Translations under genes and position numbers: made by a program
In this document: piece by piece, positions 1-10,245 of the stretch
Layout of the letters: each line of letters opens with the position of its first letter
Position numbering within the stretch: position 1 is the stretch's first letter
IMG/VR virus record: IMGVR_UViG_3300037507_004165
Span: 32,001 to 96,000 of that record
Direction: 5' to 3' (one strand)
Source: a virus
DNA length: 64,000 nt
Notes under the pieces: model-generated
What the model was told of the DNA's origin: nothing
The model's input: the letters and a program-made list of their open reading frames with translations, nothing else
The model's database searches: none

Positions 1-540
1 ATACATAATGATAATGATGTGAACTACCAGCCTGGTTTTGAGCCAGATCTACAACTGGCAACAAGGAATGTTTTAGGTGTTATTATATATTTGAATTCTT
101 CAGTCCCTAATAAGGAAGATATTAAAAAGTATGAATATAATAATGGGGAAATTGTTTTTGAATATGCGAATGCAACTCATCATCCTAAGGCTGGTGATAT
201 TCTTATGTTTCCATCGAATTATCTTGGAACTCATGAAATAAAACCTTGTCTTAATGGCAGTAGGTACGCATACATAGGATACTTTGCTCAGGGTTCATCA
301 CACCCAGAAAGAGGAATTCATGTAATTCACGGAAACTTTCCAGCAGGAAAACAAGGCCAAGTTTGGATGGAAAATATAAGAGAAGACTACGCAAAGTACA
401 TTATTTCCAAGTATAATATAGAAGACTTAAAATCAGTAAGAGATCCAAAGCTTATATCTCTTTTAAGGGGAACCATTAGAAGATATAATAGTTCTGGAAC
501 AGAAAAAAATCTTCCGCATAAAAAGGAAAAAAATGATTGA
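1..540 (+). CDS. 2OG-Fe(II) oxygenase (prolyl-4-hydroxylase-like), 5'-truncated by the window edge
   Basis: Frame is open from base 1 (I-H-N-D-N-D-V-N-Y), giving the HxD motif upstream of the tracked ORF start at 19; distal His in FPSNYLGTHEI and 2OG-binding Arg in GSRYAY; paralogous to the next two genes. Confidence 0.85.
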   Translation: MHNDNDVNYQPGFEPDLQLATRNVLGVIIYLNSSVPNKEDIKKYEYNNGEIVFEYANATHHPKAGDILMFPSNYLGTHEIKPCLNGSRYAYIGYFAQGSSHPERGIHVIHGNFPAGKQGQVWMENIREDYAKYIISKYNIEDLKSVRDPKLISLLRGTIRRYNSSGTEKNLPHKKEKND

Positions 541-1402
541 CAATAATGTTGAAGCAGATCATTTGGGTGGTGGAGTAATCGTATTTAGATCTGCACTTGA
601 GCTTGATTGGGATTACATTCTTAATTTTTCCAGAAACGCAATCAATAAAGAAAAAGACGAAATGTATCAACCAGCAGTAAATCCAGAAACTGGTGTTGAA
701 TGTTACATAAATAAAAGTGGATACTTTTTTAGCAAAGACAGTGTAGAGCAAATGCCCGGAAGAGGCTCTGCAATACACAGATATGCAGATGAAAAAATAA
801 GAGAGATATTTGAATTTATTGAAGATTCAAAAGACAGGTATCTACTTAAATATTTTGAACTTTTTCCCCTAGCCGCCAAATGCGTATGGTGGAAGGTAAA
901 AGGGCACATAGTTCAGTATAAAAAGGGTGTTTACTTAGGATCACACTCCGATATAAGTGCAGATTATGTTTATGACGTTTGGACGCCAACTGATCAGCTA
1001 GCAACAAGAAACACTATAAGTACAGTATTTTATTTAAATAATTGTGTAGATGAGGACTTAGTAAGCGATAACACATTCTCTGGTGGGCATCATTATTTTA
1101 ATTACCTAGATATAGACTTTGCCCCCACAAGGGGTGACATACTCTTCTTTCCGTCAAACTATATGGCTGGACATGAAGTTAAGCCGGTATCTGCTGGAGA
1201 AAGATACTCCTATCTTGGCTGGTATAGCCATGGCACTCCAAACAAAGAGGTTGGAGAATCAGTTACTGATCCAATAAAAAATCCTGAAATTTCTAAAACA
1301 TCTAGCAATCTCTACATGCCAAACCTGATGGAAGACTATAAAAAATTTCTTATAAGCAGAGGTTATGGAGAGCATTCAGAGCATTTTAGGATTATGAGAT
1401 AA
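533..1402 (+). CDS. 2OG-Fe(II) oxygenase (prolyl-4-hydroxylase-like)
   Basis: HSD motif, FSGGHHYF, FPSNYMAGHEVKPV, GERYSY: HxD...H facial triad plus RxS. Confidence 0.88.
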   Translation: MIDNNVEADHLGGGVIVFRSALELDWDYILNFSRNAINKEKDEMYQPAVNPETGVECYINKSGYFFSKDSVEQMPGRGSAIHRYADEKIREIFEFIEDSKDRYLLKYFELFPLAAKCVWWKVKGHIVQYKKGVYLGSHSDISADYVYDVWTPTDQLATRNTISTVFYLNNCVDEDLVSDNTFSGGHHYFNYLDIDFAPTRGDILFFPSNYMAGHEVKPVSAGERYSYLGWYSHGTPNKEVGESVTDPIKNPEISKTSSNLYMPNLMEDYKKFLISRGYGEHSEHFRIMR

Positions 1403-1404
1403 TA

Positions 1405-2184
1405 ATGAAAATTACTGATATAGGAAGTGGTCTTTGCGTTATAGAGGATCTATTTAATGTAGATCCAAAGTTTACAATTGAGTATATAAACTTTCTAAGA
1501 AAATTAGAACAAGATACATTTACTTATGTAGAGGAAAATGGAAAAAAGTACGCCGTTAATAGAACAGGTTTTAAGTTTGATTTAGAGTCTGTTGCGATGG
1601 CTCCAGAAAGATTTATAGACCCATTATGTAAATCTTATGAGCAAAAACCAACTGAAGAACAGGTAAAATTAGTTCAAGATCTTGAGTCTTATCTCTATAA
1701 GGTTTTGGTTGAATACTGTAAGCTATACCCCGATGCCGCCACAGTTTGCTGGTGGAGAAGTCACGGTCATTTTGCAACCTATTCAAACGGACAAAGAATA
1801 GGGTCACATTGTGATGATCAAATTCCTTACGAAGAAAGTATGGGAGCTTCTAATGAGTATCCCAAACACGCAAAAGTAAGTATAAATATATATATGAATG
1901 ATTGTGTCGAAAGTGAAGACCAATTAGATGGAACAAATTTCACTGGTGGAGCGATAAGATTTAGGCACGCAAAATATGAGCACAAACCCAAAATGGGTAC
2001 CGCTGTCATCTACCCCGCAAACTACATAGGAACACATGAGGTTACGCCAGTTACTGGTGGAATAAGAGTAGCTTACTTGGGTTCTTTTCTTTACGGAAGC
2101 CCAGAAAACTCATCCCCAAATGATAGTAGAATTTGGATGAAAAATCTAAAAGAAGACTGCAATTTCTTTCAAAGAAAAATTTAA
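1405..2184 (+). CDS. 2OG-Fe(II) oxygenase (prolyl-4-hydroxylase-like)
   Basis: HCD motif, FTGGAIRF, YPANYIGTHEVTPV, GIRVAY. Confidence 0.88.
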   Translation: MKITDIGSGLCVIEDLFNVDPKFTIEYINFLRKLEQDTFTYVEENGKKYAVNRTGFKFDLESVAMAPERFIDPLCKSYEQKPTEEQVKLVQDLESYLYKVLVEYCKLYPDAATVCWWRSHGHFATYSNGQRIGSHCDDQIPYEESMGASNEYPKHAKVSINIYMNDCVESEDQLDGTNFTGGAIRFRHAKYEHKPKMGTAVIYPANYIGTHEVTPVTGGIRVAYLGSFLYGSPENSSPNDSRIWMKNLKEDCNFFQRKI

Positions 2185-2210
2185 AATCACGTCATAAACC
2201 CTTTCTCGGT

Positions 2211-2217
2211 TACTATA
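2211..2217 (+). promoter_or_regulatory. Putative phage late-promoter motif TACTATA
   Basis: Intergenic; motif starts 39 nt before ATG 2250; same heptamer recurs in three other intergenic gaps ahead of structural genes. Confidence 0.55.
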
Positions 2218-2249
2218 TATTACAGTTCCTTTATCTGTGGGGTAATTAA

Positions 2250-2534
2250 ATGCTTTACGGCAGTCCTATAAATTATAATCAGCCAAATTATTCTTATACT
2301 GGAACCCTTTATGTATATGTTCCTGGTAACCCAAATCCTATAGTAGTTCCAAATGTTTCTTTGTTCTACGCAACCACAGAAGACTATTCAAATTTAACAA
2401 CAATTAGTTTAATAAGTCTTGAAATTCAGGGAGAGGCAATTATAACCGTTGTTCCAGAAAACGAAGATTATACAGCCCTTTTAACTGCAGAAGTTCTTTA
2501 TTTGACTGGCGAAAATGAAATAGCAATAGGCTAA
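2250..2534 (+). CDS. Hypothetical protein (94 aa), possibly virion-associated
   Basis: Fills the gap on the coding strand, GGGG-type RBS, preceded by TACTATA; no recognisable family. Confidence 0.6.
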   Translation: MLYGSPINYNQPNYSYTGTLYVYVPGNPNPIVVPNVSLFYATTEDYSNLTTISLISLEIQGEAIITVVPENEDYTALLTAEVLYLTGENEIAIG

Positions 2535-2544
2535 TAAAAGCTTC

Positions 2545-2551
2545 TACTATA
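2545..2551 (+). promoter_or_regulatory. Putative phage late-promoter motif TACTATA
   Basis: Intergenic; starts 38 nt before ATG 2583, which has a GGAG RBS. Confidence 0.55.
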
Positions 2552-2582
2552 TAAGAAACTGCTTATTTTAAAATGGAGATTT

Positions 2583-3491
2583 ATGTCAACTAGCAACGTG
2601 CTCGTAAATGACACAGTAAAATTAAAAGTAAAATTTCTTGACCAAGACATAAATGGCAATCAAGTAGAAGCCACAATGAGTTCTGTCAATGTTAAAATAG
2701 TCAATTCAAAAGAAGAAGAAATAGTTAATACATTAGCCACAGCAGTCTCTGGTTCTCTTTCAGAATATTACTATAATTTTACCCCAACAATAGCTGGAGC
2801 ATATGCCGTAACTTTTACCGGAATTACCGCAGGAAGCCCGTCAAAAACGATTGTTTCTAGAACAAACATATATGCGAGTACAAGCACTACGGAATATAAA
2901 CCAACAGTAACCCTAAGAGCAGATGAGACAATATTATTTGCTCCAGACCTTTACCCCCTTTATCTAGACCCAGAAGAACTTCTTTCGATATTTCCAGACG
3001 CATCATTAATAGAAATAGGGGAAATGATTTATCATTACTCCTTGGAGATAAAAGAAATTTATGGACTTGGAGACGATGTAGATGGGTCAACTTTGCCATT
3101 CACAATACTTGAGTATATAAAGGCAGCTGCAGCATGTGAGCTAAGCAGAACTTACGGATTTGGTGGAGACGACGAACTATCCCTAAAGCTTGGGGACCTA
3201 GAGATAACCAATAGATCAGCACCAAGACAGGTTGCAACAAGATCAAATGCTACTACATGGTGTCAAATAGCCGCTTCGCTAAGAAGAGAAGTCTTGGCTA
3301 AAAAGGTCTCCATGAAGGGGGTAATGCCTAAGGGGTATCCATCTATTAAAACTAAAACCTCTGGCAAGAGAGTCGATCCACAAACTGGTAAAATGGTTTA
3401 CTTATCAGACATAGAGTTGATGGGTCCAGGTAGAACTGTTTCTGTAAAAGATGAGCCAGAATTTGACAGAGGTTTAAGGCAGTATGATTAA
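2583..3491 (+). CDS. Putative neck/head-tail adaptor protein with N-terminal Ig-like beta domain
   Basis: Beta-rich N-terminus (YYYNFTPTIAGAYAVTFTG), helical C-half with SLKLGDLEI; first gene of the neck-sheath-tube order. Function from synteny. Confidence 0.5.
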   Translation: MSTSNVLVNDTVKLKVKFLDQDINGNQVEATMSSVNVKIVNSKEEEIVNTLATAVSGSLSEYYYNFTPTIAGAYAVTFTGITAGSPSKTIVSRTNIYASTSTTEYKPTVTLRADETILFAPDLYPLYLDPEELLSIFPDASLIEIGEMIYHYSLEIKEIYGLGDDVDGSTLPFTILEYIKAAAACELSRTYGFGGDDELSLKLGDLEITNRSAPRQVATRSNATTWCQIAASLRREVLAKKVSMKGVMPKGYPSIKTKTSGKRVDPQTGKMVYLSDIELMGPGRTVSVKDEPEFDRGLRQYD

Positions 3492-3864
3492 CGCCAAATC
3501 AGTATTTAGTAAAATACTAAGAGAGTGGGGTCATGACATACTTCTGCAAAGAAGGTTGTCAGATGATGGAATGTATAGTGATAAGTTTGAAAGGGTAACA
3601 ACAAGGCATGTCACGGCTGCATCTCGTTATTTGGCTTCCACAAAGGAAGAGGCCGCAGAAGGGCTAATTATTAATTCTGATAGAATATATTACTTTGAAT
3701 CTAAAATAAACCCTAAACCAGGTGATAGAATATATGAGACTTCCCAGTCGTCTTTAGAAGATTATTCCCTATATCTGATAGAAGAGTGCTATCCAGTAAG
3801 AGGAAGATATGGAGAAATAAATTTTTGGACTGTGGGAGCATCAAAGGAAGAGCCAGCGAGTTAA
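3484..3864 (+). CDS. Putative head-closure/head-tail joining protein
   Basis: 126 aa, WGHDILLQRR...PKPGDRIYE pattern and size typical of stopper proteins; overlaps upstream stop. Confidence 0.5.
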   Translation: MINAKSVFSKILREWGHDILLQRRLSDDGMYSDKFERVTTRHVTAASRYLASTKEEAAEGLIINSDRIYYFESKINPKPGDRIYETSQSSLEDYSLYLIEECYPVRGRYGEINFWTVGASKEEPAS

Positions 3865-3867
3865 ACA

Positions 3868-5481
3868 ATGCTTTTGACAAAACCATCGGACATTGCAACT
3901 ATACCTTTTGTATATAGATCTGGATATGACTATGTCGATCCAAATTCAAACATAAGGGTATTTTTGAGGAGAGGATTCAACTCTGGTGGTGCAACCATAC
4001 TTGGTCCTTTGGTCTTCAATATGGACCTAGCCTTATCTTCTACTCCGCAATACGAACAAATTTTTTCTGATACAAGTTCTATTTCTAGACAATCAATTGG
4101 TTCGTACATACTTAAGTTAAAAATACCAAATAATATATTTCCCGGTCAATATACCGTAGAAATATCCACTACTGTAAATTCGATATCTGACACAAAAGAA
4201 GTACCAATACAAGTTAAGGCCTCTGCGGCTTCTTCTGGTGATTGGAGTTCTGCTCCAAACTACGAAAATTATTCATTGGTAGACAAATCTGTTTCCTTAA
4301 ATGAAAGATCGAAGTACAAAGAAATTTCTCAATTTGAAACAAACAACATTCTCTTAATAGGTCATACAGATGCAATTGAACCGTACGGTATGCAGAAGAT
4401 AAGGTCAATACAGGAAGCAGTTGACATACTAAGAGCTGATTTTAATTCTCCTCTTCTCAGGGGAGTTTTCGATGCCTACAGTTGTGGGGCAAGAGATATA
4501 TACATTATGTCAGCTGGATACATGAGTGAGTATGTAGATAATGTATCTGAAAGAAATGCAAAAATATTTAAAGACAGCTTTAACAATACTTTTTCCTTTT
4601 ACGAAGCATACTATGACAGACTAGCTGAATGCTACACGCTAATTGAGCAGTATGAATTTATTGATATTATTGTTCCGCTAGAAGCATCAATCATAAACAC
4701 CGGCAATAAAAACTTTGCCAAACAGCTATCATTGGTTTGTGGAAGAATACAAGAAAATACTGGAGAAGTAACAATTGGAATAATCGGTTCAAGAAATCAG
4801 GGAATGAGTTCTTCAGATATTCAAACTCTTTTATCAACAAACTATGAAATACCATCAACAATTGATGGAAATGGATACATAACTAGAGATTATGGAAAGC
4901 ACATCATAATGATTTATGGAGAAGCAGTGTTTTCCCATAAGCAAATGCAAAGAACATACACATCGTCTGTAGCAGCAGCAGTTGCTGGCATGTTGAGCTC
5001 TACACAGGTTAATCTTGGGCTAAGCAAGCAAAGAATACCTTCAGCTTTATCAATACATGGAAATGAACCAAAGGTAAATGAAGTAAAAGCTTTGGAGCAG
5101 AAGGGTATAAACTGCGCTATCAGAGGTGGCAGATCAAGAAGATTTGTTGGTCCTTATGACGTGTATTTAAGTGGAGATTTAACTCAATCAATTAGCGAAA
5201 ACTTTAAAGATGCTTCAAACGTAAGACTGGCCGCAATGCTTATAGGCGAAGTCCAAGCAATAGGAAATAATGGTATAGGTAAATTCAACTATTCAAAAGT
5301 AATAGCAAAAGTAGAATCATTATTAGTTTACTTAAAGCAACTAGATATAGTCAGAGACTACGGGCTAGATGCTTATGCAGACAAAGACGAAAAAGGAAAG
5401 CTTTATTTTAACATAAACATAAAGTCTTCTAGAACTTTAAGAGATATATCTTTTAATATAGCTACAGGCAGAGGTGTCTAA
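3868..5481 (+). CDS. Tail-sheath-like protein (divergent copy) with N-terminal extension
   Basis: ILLIGH...SPLLRGVFDAYSCGARDIYIM and a sheath-type C-terminus (NVRLAAM...IGKFN...LYFNINIK...LRDISFNI) that parallel the 6317 protein. Confidence 0.65.
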   Translation: MLLTKPSDIATIPFVYRSGYDYVDPNSNIRVFLRRGFNSGGATILGPLVFNMDLALSSTPQYEQIFSDTSSISRQSIGSYILKLKIPNNIFPGQYTVEISTTVNSISDTKEVPIQVKASAASSGDWSSAPNYENYSLVDKSVSLNERSKYKEISQFETNNILLIGHTDAIEPYGMQKIRSIQEAVDILRADFNSPLLRGVFDAYSCGARDIYIMSAGYMSEYVDNVSERNAKIFKDSFNNTFSFYEAYYDRLAECYTLIEQYEFIDIIVPLEASIINTGNKNFAKQLSLVCGRIQENTGEVTIGIIGSRNQGMSSSDIQTLLSTNYEIPSTIDGNGYITRDYGKHIIMIYGEAVFSHKQMQRTYTSSVAAAVAGMLSSTQVNLGLSKQRIPSALSIHGNEPKVNEVKALEQKGINCAIRGGRSRRFVGPYDVYLSGDLTQSISENFKDASNVRLAAMLIGEVQAIGNNGIGKFNYSKVIAKVESLLVYLKQLDIVRDYGLDAYADKDEKGKLYFNINIKSSRTLRDISFNIATGRGV

Positions 5482-6224
5482 TGCCCCAGAATCCAATACG
5501 TTTTCCAGTTCCAAATGTTAATGAAATTAACTATGACAGGTTGGGCGGTCCACCACTTCAAGCTCATGGAAATTTAACTTATATTGAGTTTATAACTGTG
5601 GTTAAGTCTCTCTGGGAAAACGCATACCCAATGATTAAAATAAAGCCAATTCAGTCTGGCGACTATGCGGAGTATCCAGTTATAGCTTATGGACTAGAAT
5701 TAAAGAGAGCTCATTCTGTTGAGCCAAAGCCAAAGACTAGAATATCCCCTAATGATGGGATAGCTATTTACGGCCAAAGATTTCAAAATATAATATCATT
5801 TTCAGTTATAACAAAAGCAGAATCCGGCAAGGTAAAAGGGGCCCTGGAGAGATATTCTGGTCCTGAGGCAGCTGATAAAATAATGGAAACCTTTGAGGAC
5901 TTCATGTTAGAGCATACTCCTGTTTTTAAAAGGCTTGGAGCCTCAGAATTTGTATATGCAAGAAGACTGTCTGATTCTGAAGAAAATAGGCAATCAACAG
6001 ACATTTGTAAAAGAACTGTAACCTACATGCTAACTACAGAGAAGTTGATTGGCATGGAGATTGAAAAGATTGAAAAGGTAGCTATTGACGTAAGAAGGTA
6101 TATGGCCTATGAAAAAGAGCTTTGGGACGACTTCTACGACTTTGACAATAGTGCTACCCCAACTTATGAGGGAACCGAATTAAATATAATTGACTTACAG
6201 CAGACAGCCACTCCAGACTCATAA
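5481..6224 (+). CDS. Putative tail completion/terminator protein
   Basis: Immediately upstream of the major sheath, coupled by a TAATG overlap; function from synteny. Confidence 0.45.
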   Translation: MPQNPIRFPVPNVNEINYDRLGGPPLQAHGNLTYIEFITVVKSLWENAYPMIKIKPIQSGDYAEYPVIAYGLELKRAHSVEPKPKTRISPNDGIAIYGQRFQNIISFSVITKAESGKVKGALERYSGPEAADKIMETFEDFMLEHTPVFKRLGASEFVYARRLSDSEENRQSTDICKRTVTYMLTTEKLIGMEIEKIEKVAIDVRRYMAYEKELWDDFYDFDNSATPTYEGTELNIIDLQQTATPDS

Positions 6225-6260
6225 TATCCATATTGTAGTTTGTTTTTAAGATTCATCCAT

Positions 6261-6267
6261 TACTATA
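6261..6267 (+). promoter_or_regulatory. Putative phage late-promoter motif TACTATA
   Basis: Intergenic, upstream of the sheath gene, which has a strong GGAGG RBS. Confidence 0.55.
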
Positions 6268-6316
6268 ACTACGAAGTAAAACTATAAATGTCGCTGCAAG
6301 CGGAGGTCAAAAGCTA

Positions 6317-7573
6317 ATGGCTCTACCAGGTGTAAAAACAGTAATCAAAGATAGATTTTATAGCATCTCTCGTCAGGATATTCCTGTCGGTCCGAGAGTT
6401 GTTCTTATTGCCGTAAGAGGCACAGCAGATGGTACAGGCAATGTCAAGGATCTTGACGTTGTTCAGGCAACCTCTGAAGAAGATGTAATTACCGCATTCG
6501 GTGAAGACTCAGATGTTCATAGAGGATATTTTGAACTCCTTGCAGGTGGTGCAGAAAGAATTCATATCGTTCCACTTCCAGCAGACTCCGTATTCAACCA
6601 CACAACAGGCTCAATCACCAGCGTAACATACGCAGCAGCCGGCGGTGGAAATGTTTTTGATGCAGCCTTCGAAGCAGCCGAAGCAGCACAACCAGACATT
6701 ATAGTTCCTTGGGGCCGTGGTTCACATCCAGATGAATGGGAAGATCCAGCAACACCAGGTAATGATCCAGAATTTGGTTTCTATGCAAACAATGGAACTG
6801 GATCAGGCAGCTGGGCTCTAAAGGTTGCGACAAAGGTAAAAGATATTTCAGAAAATTCTCACGCATGCTTTGCCGTTATGGGAATTAAGCCATACGTTGG
6901 AACATCTGAATTCATGACTCCAGCACAGGTTTCTTCACACCTATATAATTCTGGTTCCGGACCTGCTAACCTAATTAGCAGAGGTTCTGTAAGCATGGAA
7001 GAGATCGGCAGACACGTTGTAGTTATCGCTTCAGAGCTTAAGCCAGTTAACTATCCAGATGCATGGGGTTACTCAAATGGAGCTTCAACTTTTGCAGCTG
7101 CGATAAGCAGAATGTCTTCGTTTACTTCACCAGTAAACAAGACAGCATATAACGTAGCTGCGCTCAGATACAATCCTTCAAGAACACAACAGCAAGGATT
7201 GAGTGATCTTGGTGTTAACTTCATTGCGCTTAACTTCAATAAGATTCCAGTCTTTGTTGAGGGACTCACAATGGCAGCAGGAACATCGGATTACACAAGA
7301 ATTTCTACAATGAGAATTGTAACAGAAGCAGCTCTCCTTGTAAGACAAGTGTGCCAGAAGTTTGTTGGCGAGGCATCAACATTGCAAACACGCAATTCGA
7401 TGGAAACCGCAATTACTTCTGCACTACGAGGAATGCAACAAGTTGGTGCCTTGCTAGACAGTGACTTCACAGTAAGTTACTTCCCAGCAGAAAATAAGGC
7501 GTTTGTTGACCTCGTTCTAACACCAGCATTTGAACTCAAGAATATTGAAGTTCAAGTAGCAGTCACAGTATAA
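6317..7573 (+). CDS. Major tail sheath protein
   Basis: MALPGV N-terminus; C-terminal sheath domain YTRISTMRIV...KFVGE...VDLVLTPAFELKNIEVQV; strong RBS. Confidence 0.85.
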   Translation: MALPGVKTVIKDRFYSISRQDIPVGPRVVLIAVRGTADGTGNVKDLDVVQATSEEDVITAFGEDSDVHRGYFELLAGGAERIHIVPLPADSVFNHTTGSITSVTYAAAGGGNVFDAAFEAAEAAQPDIIVPWGRGSHPDEWEDPATPGNDPEFGFYANNGTGSGSWALKVATKVKDISENSHACFAVMGIKPYVGTSEFMTPAQVSSHLYNSGSGPANLISRGSVSMEEIGRHVVVIASELKPVNYPDAWGYSNGASTFAAAISRMSSFTSPVNKTAYNVAALRYNPSRTQQQGLSDLGVNFIALNFNKIPVFVEGLTMAAGTSDYTRISTMRIVTEAALLVRQVCQKFVGEASTLQTRNSMETAITSALRGMQQVGALLDSDFTVSYFPAENKAFVDLVLTPAFELKNIEVQVAVTV

Positions 7574-7606
7574 CATTAGTTAATATACCGAATTGGAGGG
7601 TATAAA

Positions 7607-8305
7607 ATGGCAGGTTCAGACTACTACGACAGTGCGGTTAATAAGTATCTCAATACTTATACCACATTTTCAGGCGCAGATATAGTTGCCACTTTTGGTG
7701 GCGTTGAGATCGGCGCACTTTCAGGAATCACTTTCTCTGTTACAAGAGAAAAGGCTCCTATTTACACAATGGGTTCACCAAATCCAAGATCTTTCTCTAG
7801 AGGAAAGCGCGGAATTGCTGGATCGTTAATATTCACGGTTTTTGATCGTCCAGCTCTTTACCAGATGCTCGACGCCAATCACCAAAAAGACAATGCACAG
7901 ATGTTCTACACAAGAAGACACAACACCCTTCCTGGAGATGTTGGACACAAGCGTGGAATCGCAGAGTTCTCTTCACAAGATTCTGACATTGTTTCACAAG
8001 TTCCATTTTACGCAGACCAAATTCCTCCTTTTGACATCACTATCACTTTTGCTAACGAATATGGCCAAGGTGCAGTGCGTTCAATCTACGGCGTAGAACT
8101 TTTGAATGAAGGTTCAGGCGCTTCGATGGATGACATTGTCATTGAGGAAACTATGACTTACGTAGCAAGAGAAATCGGTCCAATGTACAGAATTACAACC
8201 GATCAACTTGCAAATGGTAAGTTTAATACTGGAGATCTCAGAGACATCATTAACAGAGATGCCGTTTCTGAGGCAGGTCTTAATCCTAAGATAGTGAGAC
8301 CATAA
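7607..8305 (+). CDS. Major tail tube protein
   Basis: Directly after the sheath; FSGADI...REKAPIYTMG...RGKRGIAGSLIFTVF...PPFDI...IYGVEL; GGAGG RBS; followed by a terminator. Confidence 0.75.
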   Translation: MAGSDYYDSAVNKYLNTYTTFSGADIVATFGGVEIGALSGITFSVTREKAPIYTMGSPNPRSFSRGKRGIAGSLIFTVFDRPALYQMLDANHQKDNAQMFYTRRHNTLPGDVGHKRGIAEFSSQDSDIVSQVPFYADQIPPFDITITFANEYGQGAVRSIYGVELLNEGSGASMDDIVIEETMTYVAREIGPMYRITTDQLANGKFNTGDLRDIINRDAVSEAGLNPKIVRP

Positions 8306-8335
8306 GTATTATACTTATTTAATAAGTAGGTTTTT

Positions 8336-8377
8336 GGTGGAGGAGATGGGGCAACTCTCTCCTCCACCTTTGCTTTT
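8336..8377 (+). terminator. Rho-independent terminator after the sheath-tube pair
   Basis: GGTGGAGGAGA (8336-8346) pairs perfectly with TCTCCTCCACC (8358-8368), GCAA tetraloop, followed by TTTGCTTTT. Confidence 0.8.
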
Positions 8378-8390
8378 ATAAAGGAAACAA

Positions 8391-9140
8391 ATGGCAAAAG
8401 TTGATCCACAACCAGTAAAGTACGATTTTGGCCCTTATCATCGCAGGGGAAGCTTGTATGATAGAGACGGAATGTCTAAGGCCAGAATAGAAAAAGGATT
8501 ACCAGATCCATTTTCGAATATGTCTTTTGCAGGCACCGATATAAGTGCCACGATGGTTATCCCAAATATTGATAGAGCAAACGGAACAATTAATACAGTA
8601 AACTCTACAGATGTTCTGGAATTGGCAGAAATTCAAACTATATCATATTCAATACACAGAGAGAATTCTCCAGTAAGAACGATAGGCCATGTTAATCCTA
8701 GGGGATTTGTAAAAGGCGCAAGAACGATAGCTGGATCATTAATATTCACCGTTTTTAATGAGTACGCATTCTATAGAATAAGAGAGTATAAACAGATAAT
8801 GGCCGAAACTGGTCTATTTTTTGCTCCGTTAGCAGATATGCTACCCCCATTTGATATAGTATTAACATTCTTCAATGAATATGGCCTTGGCGCTAAAATG
8901 AAAATATACGGCGTAAGCATAGTCGACGAAGGTCAAACTATGTCTGTAGATGACCTTATAACTGAACAGACATATACTTTTATGGCAAGGGGAATCCAGC
9001 CAATGGTGTCAATGGAATACGACCCCATGATGCTTGGGTCAGAGGAACTTGCAGTTTATAGAGATAAGCAAGTAAACTATTATGGTGAGAATAAAATGAA
9101 AGAATACACAACCTTTATTGACAGAATAAGGCAGCCGTAG
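8391..9140 (+). CDS. Tail tube paralogue 2
   Basis: Clear paralogue of 7607: SFAGTDI, RENSPVRTIG, KGARTIAGSLIFTVF, PPFDI, IYGVSI. Confidence 0.75.
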   Translation: MAKVDPQPVKYDFGPYHRRGSLYDRDGMSKARIEKGLPDPFSNMSFAGTDISATMVIPNIDRANGTINTVNSTDVLELAEIQTISYSIHRENSPVRTIGHVNPRGFVKGARTIAGSLIFTVFNEYAFYRIREYKQIMAETGLFFAPLADMLPPFDIVLTFFNEYGLGAKMKIYGVSIVDEGQTMSVDDLITEQTYTFMARGIQPMVSMEYDPMMLGSEELAVYRDKQVNYYGENKMKEYTTFIDRIRQP

Positions 9141-9141
9141 T

Positions 9142-10198
9142 ATGCCCAACATGCCAAATCAAAATAGCCCTGTTGGCAGAAGACCATACAGGCCTTTCAG
9201 CGCCTATCTGCCACCAGATTTGGCACAAGATCCTTCATCACAAAAATCGTTTAATCCTCTAGATGAGGAAATAGATCTTCAGTGGGGTGGAAAGACCGAA
9301 GATAATAATAAATTTAACATGTATTATGATTACTTCTTTAGCGGTGAAGATGTAAAAATATACATAGATGGTCTTTTTGATTCAGAGTATGAATTAGATA
9401 TAGCTTCATTTTCATTTAATATAAGACAAGAAAAATCACCGATATACGGGTTCTGGTCATACAACTTCGATGCCGTGATGACAGGAACTAGAATAATACA
9501 ACGGTGAGTTTGTTCTCTTCACTAGATATCCAGGTAGAATGAGAGATCTTTTATCTGAAGCCGCAGCAGTAAGATCAAAGTTTTATTCTAATGAACCAAC
9601 ATCTCAAATTCAATCTTATCTAAGAAGTAATATGGAATCTTTTGAGGATGAAAAGAATATACAAAAGTACTGGGGAGAAAATACTTTAGATAGAATTTCT
9701 AGCCTAGACAGATTGTCGTATGATAGAACTGGAAGTGATTCAAGAAATATATTTAGTTCACATCCACCATTTAACTTTGTTGTTAAACACGGTGCCCAAG
9801 AAGGCTCTGTTACAACCATTGCTCAAAATGGTGTAACTCAACAAGATGGAAATTTTGAAACTATAGATAGATTAATGTCTCTTGATTATAACGATAGATT
9901 AGTTCAAAAAAGTCTAACAAAACCCATGGACATAATACTTCAAAACGTACACCTACTGTCGATGGGTTCTTCTTATCAGCCTGGTGGAACCCCACTAATG
10001 GAAGCTTATCAATTCTTGGCTAGAGATCTGTACATATCGGACGGCATATTAAAGAACCCACCAAATGCTACAGTAGCAGCCAATAATCAAAAGGGCTCTA
10101 AGCAAACAAATCCGACAAAGGTTCAAGAACCACCAACTGAGCAGCAGTTGTCGGATAGAAACGATTTATCTAAGATTTACGATACAAATCCTAGATAG
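9142..10198 (+). CDS. Tail tube paralogue 3, interrupted by a +1 shift at CGG 9502 (351 aa when joined)
   Basis: ORFs 9142-9507 and 9539-10198 join if C9502 is skipped: FSGEDV...QEKSPIYG...TGTRIIQ-G-EFVLF...HPPFNF, collinear with both tube paralogues. Confidence 0.75.
9502..9505 (+). other. +1 recoding site CAA|C-GGT
   Basis: In-frame CGG (codon 121); TGA follows immediately in the unshifted frame. Confidence 0.75.
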
Positions 10199-10202
10199 TA
10201 TA

Positions 10203-10211
10203 TGATATAAT
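10203..10211 (+). promoter_or_regulatory. Extended -10 promoter element (TGATATAAT)
   Basis: Exact TGnTATAAT in the intergenic gap before 10246. Confidence 0.6.
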
Positions 10212-10245
10212 GTAAATGTAAAAAGTTCTATTTTAAATAGGAGTT

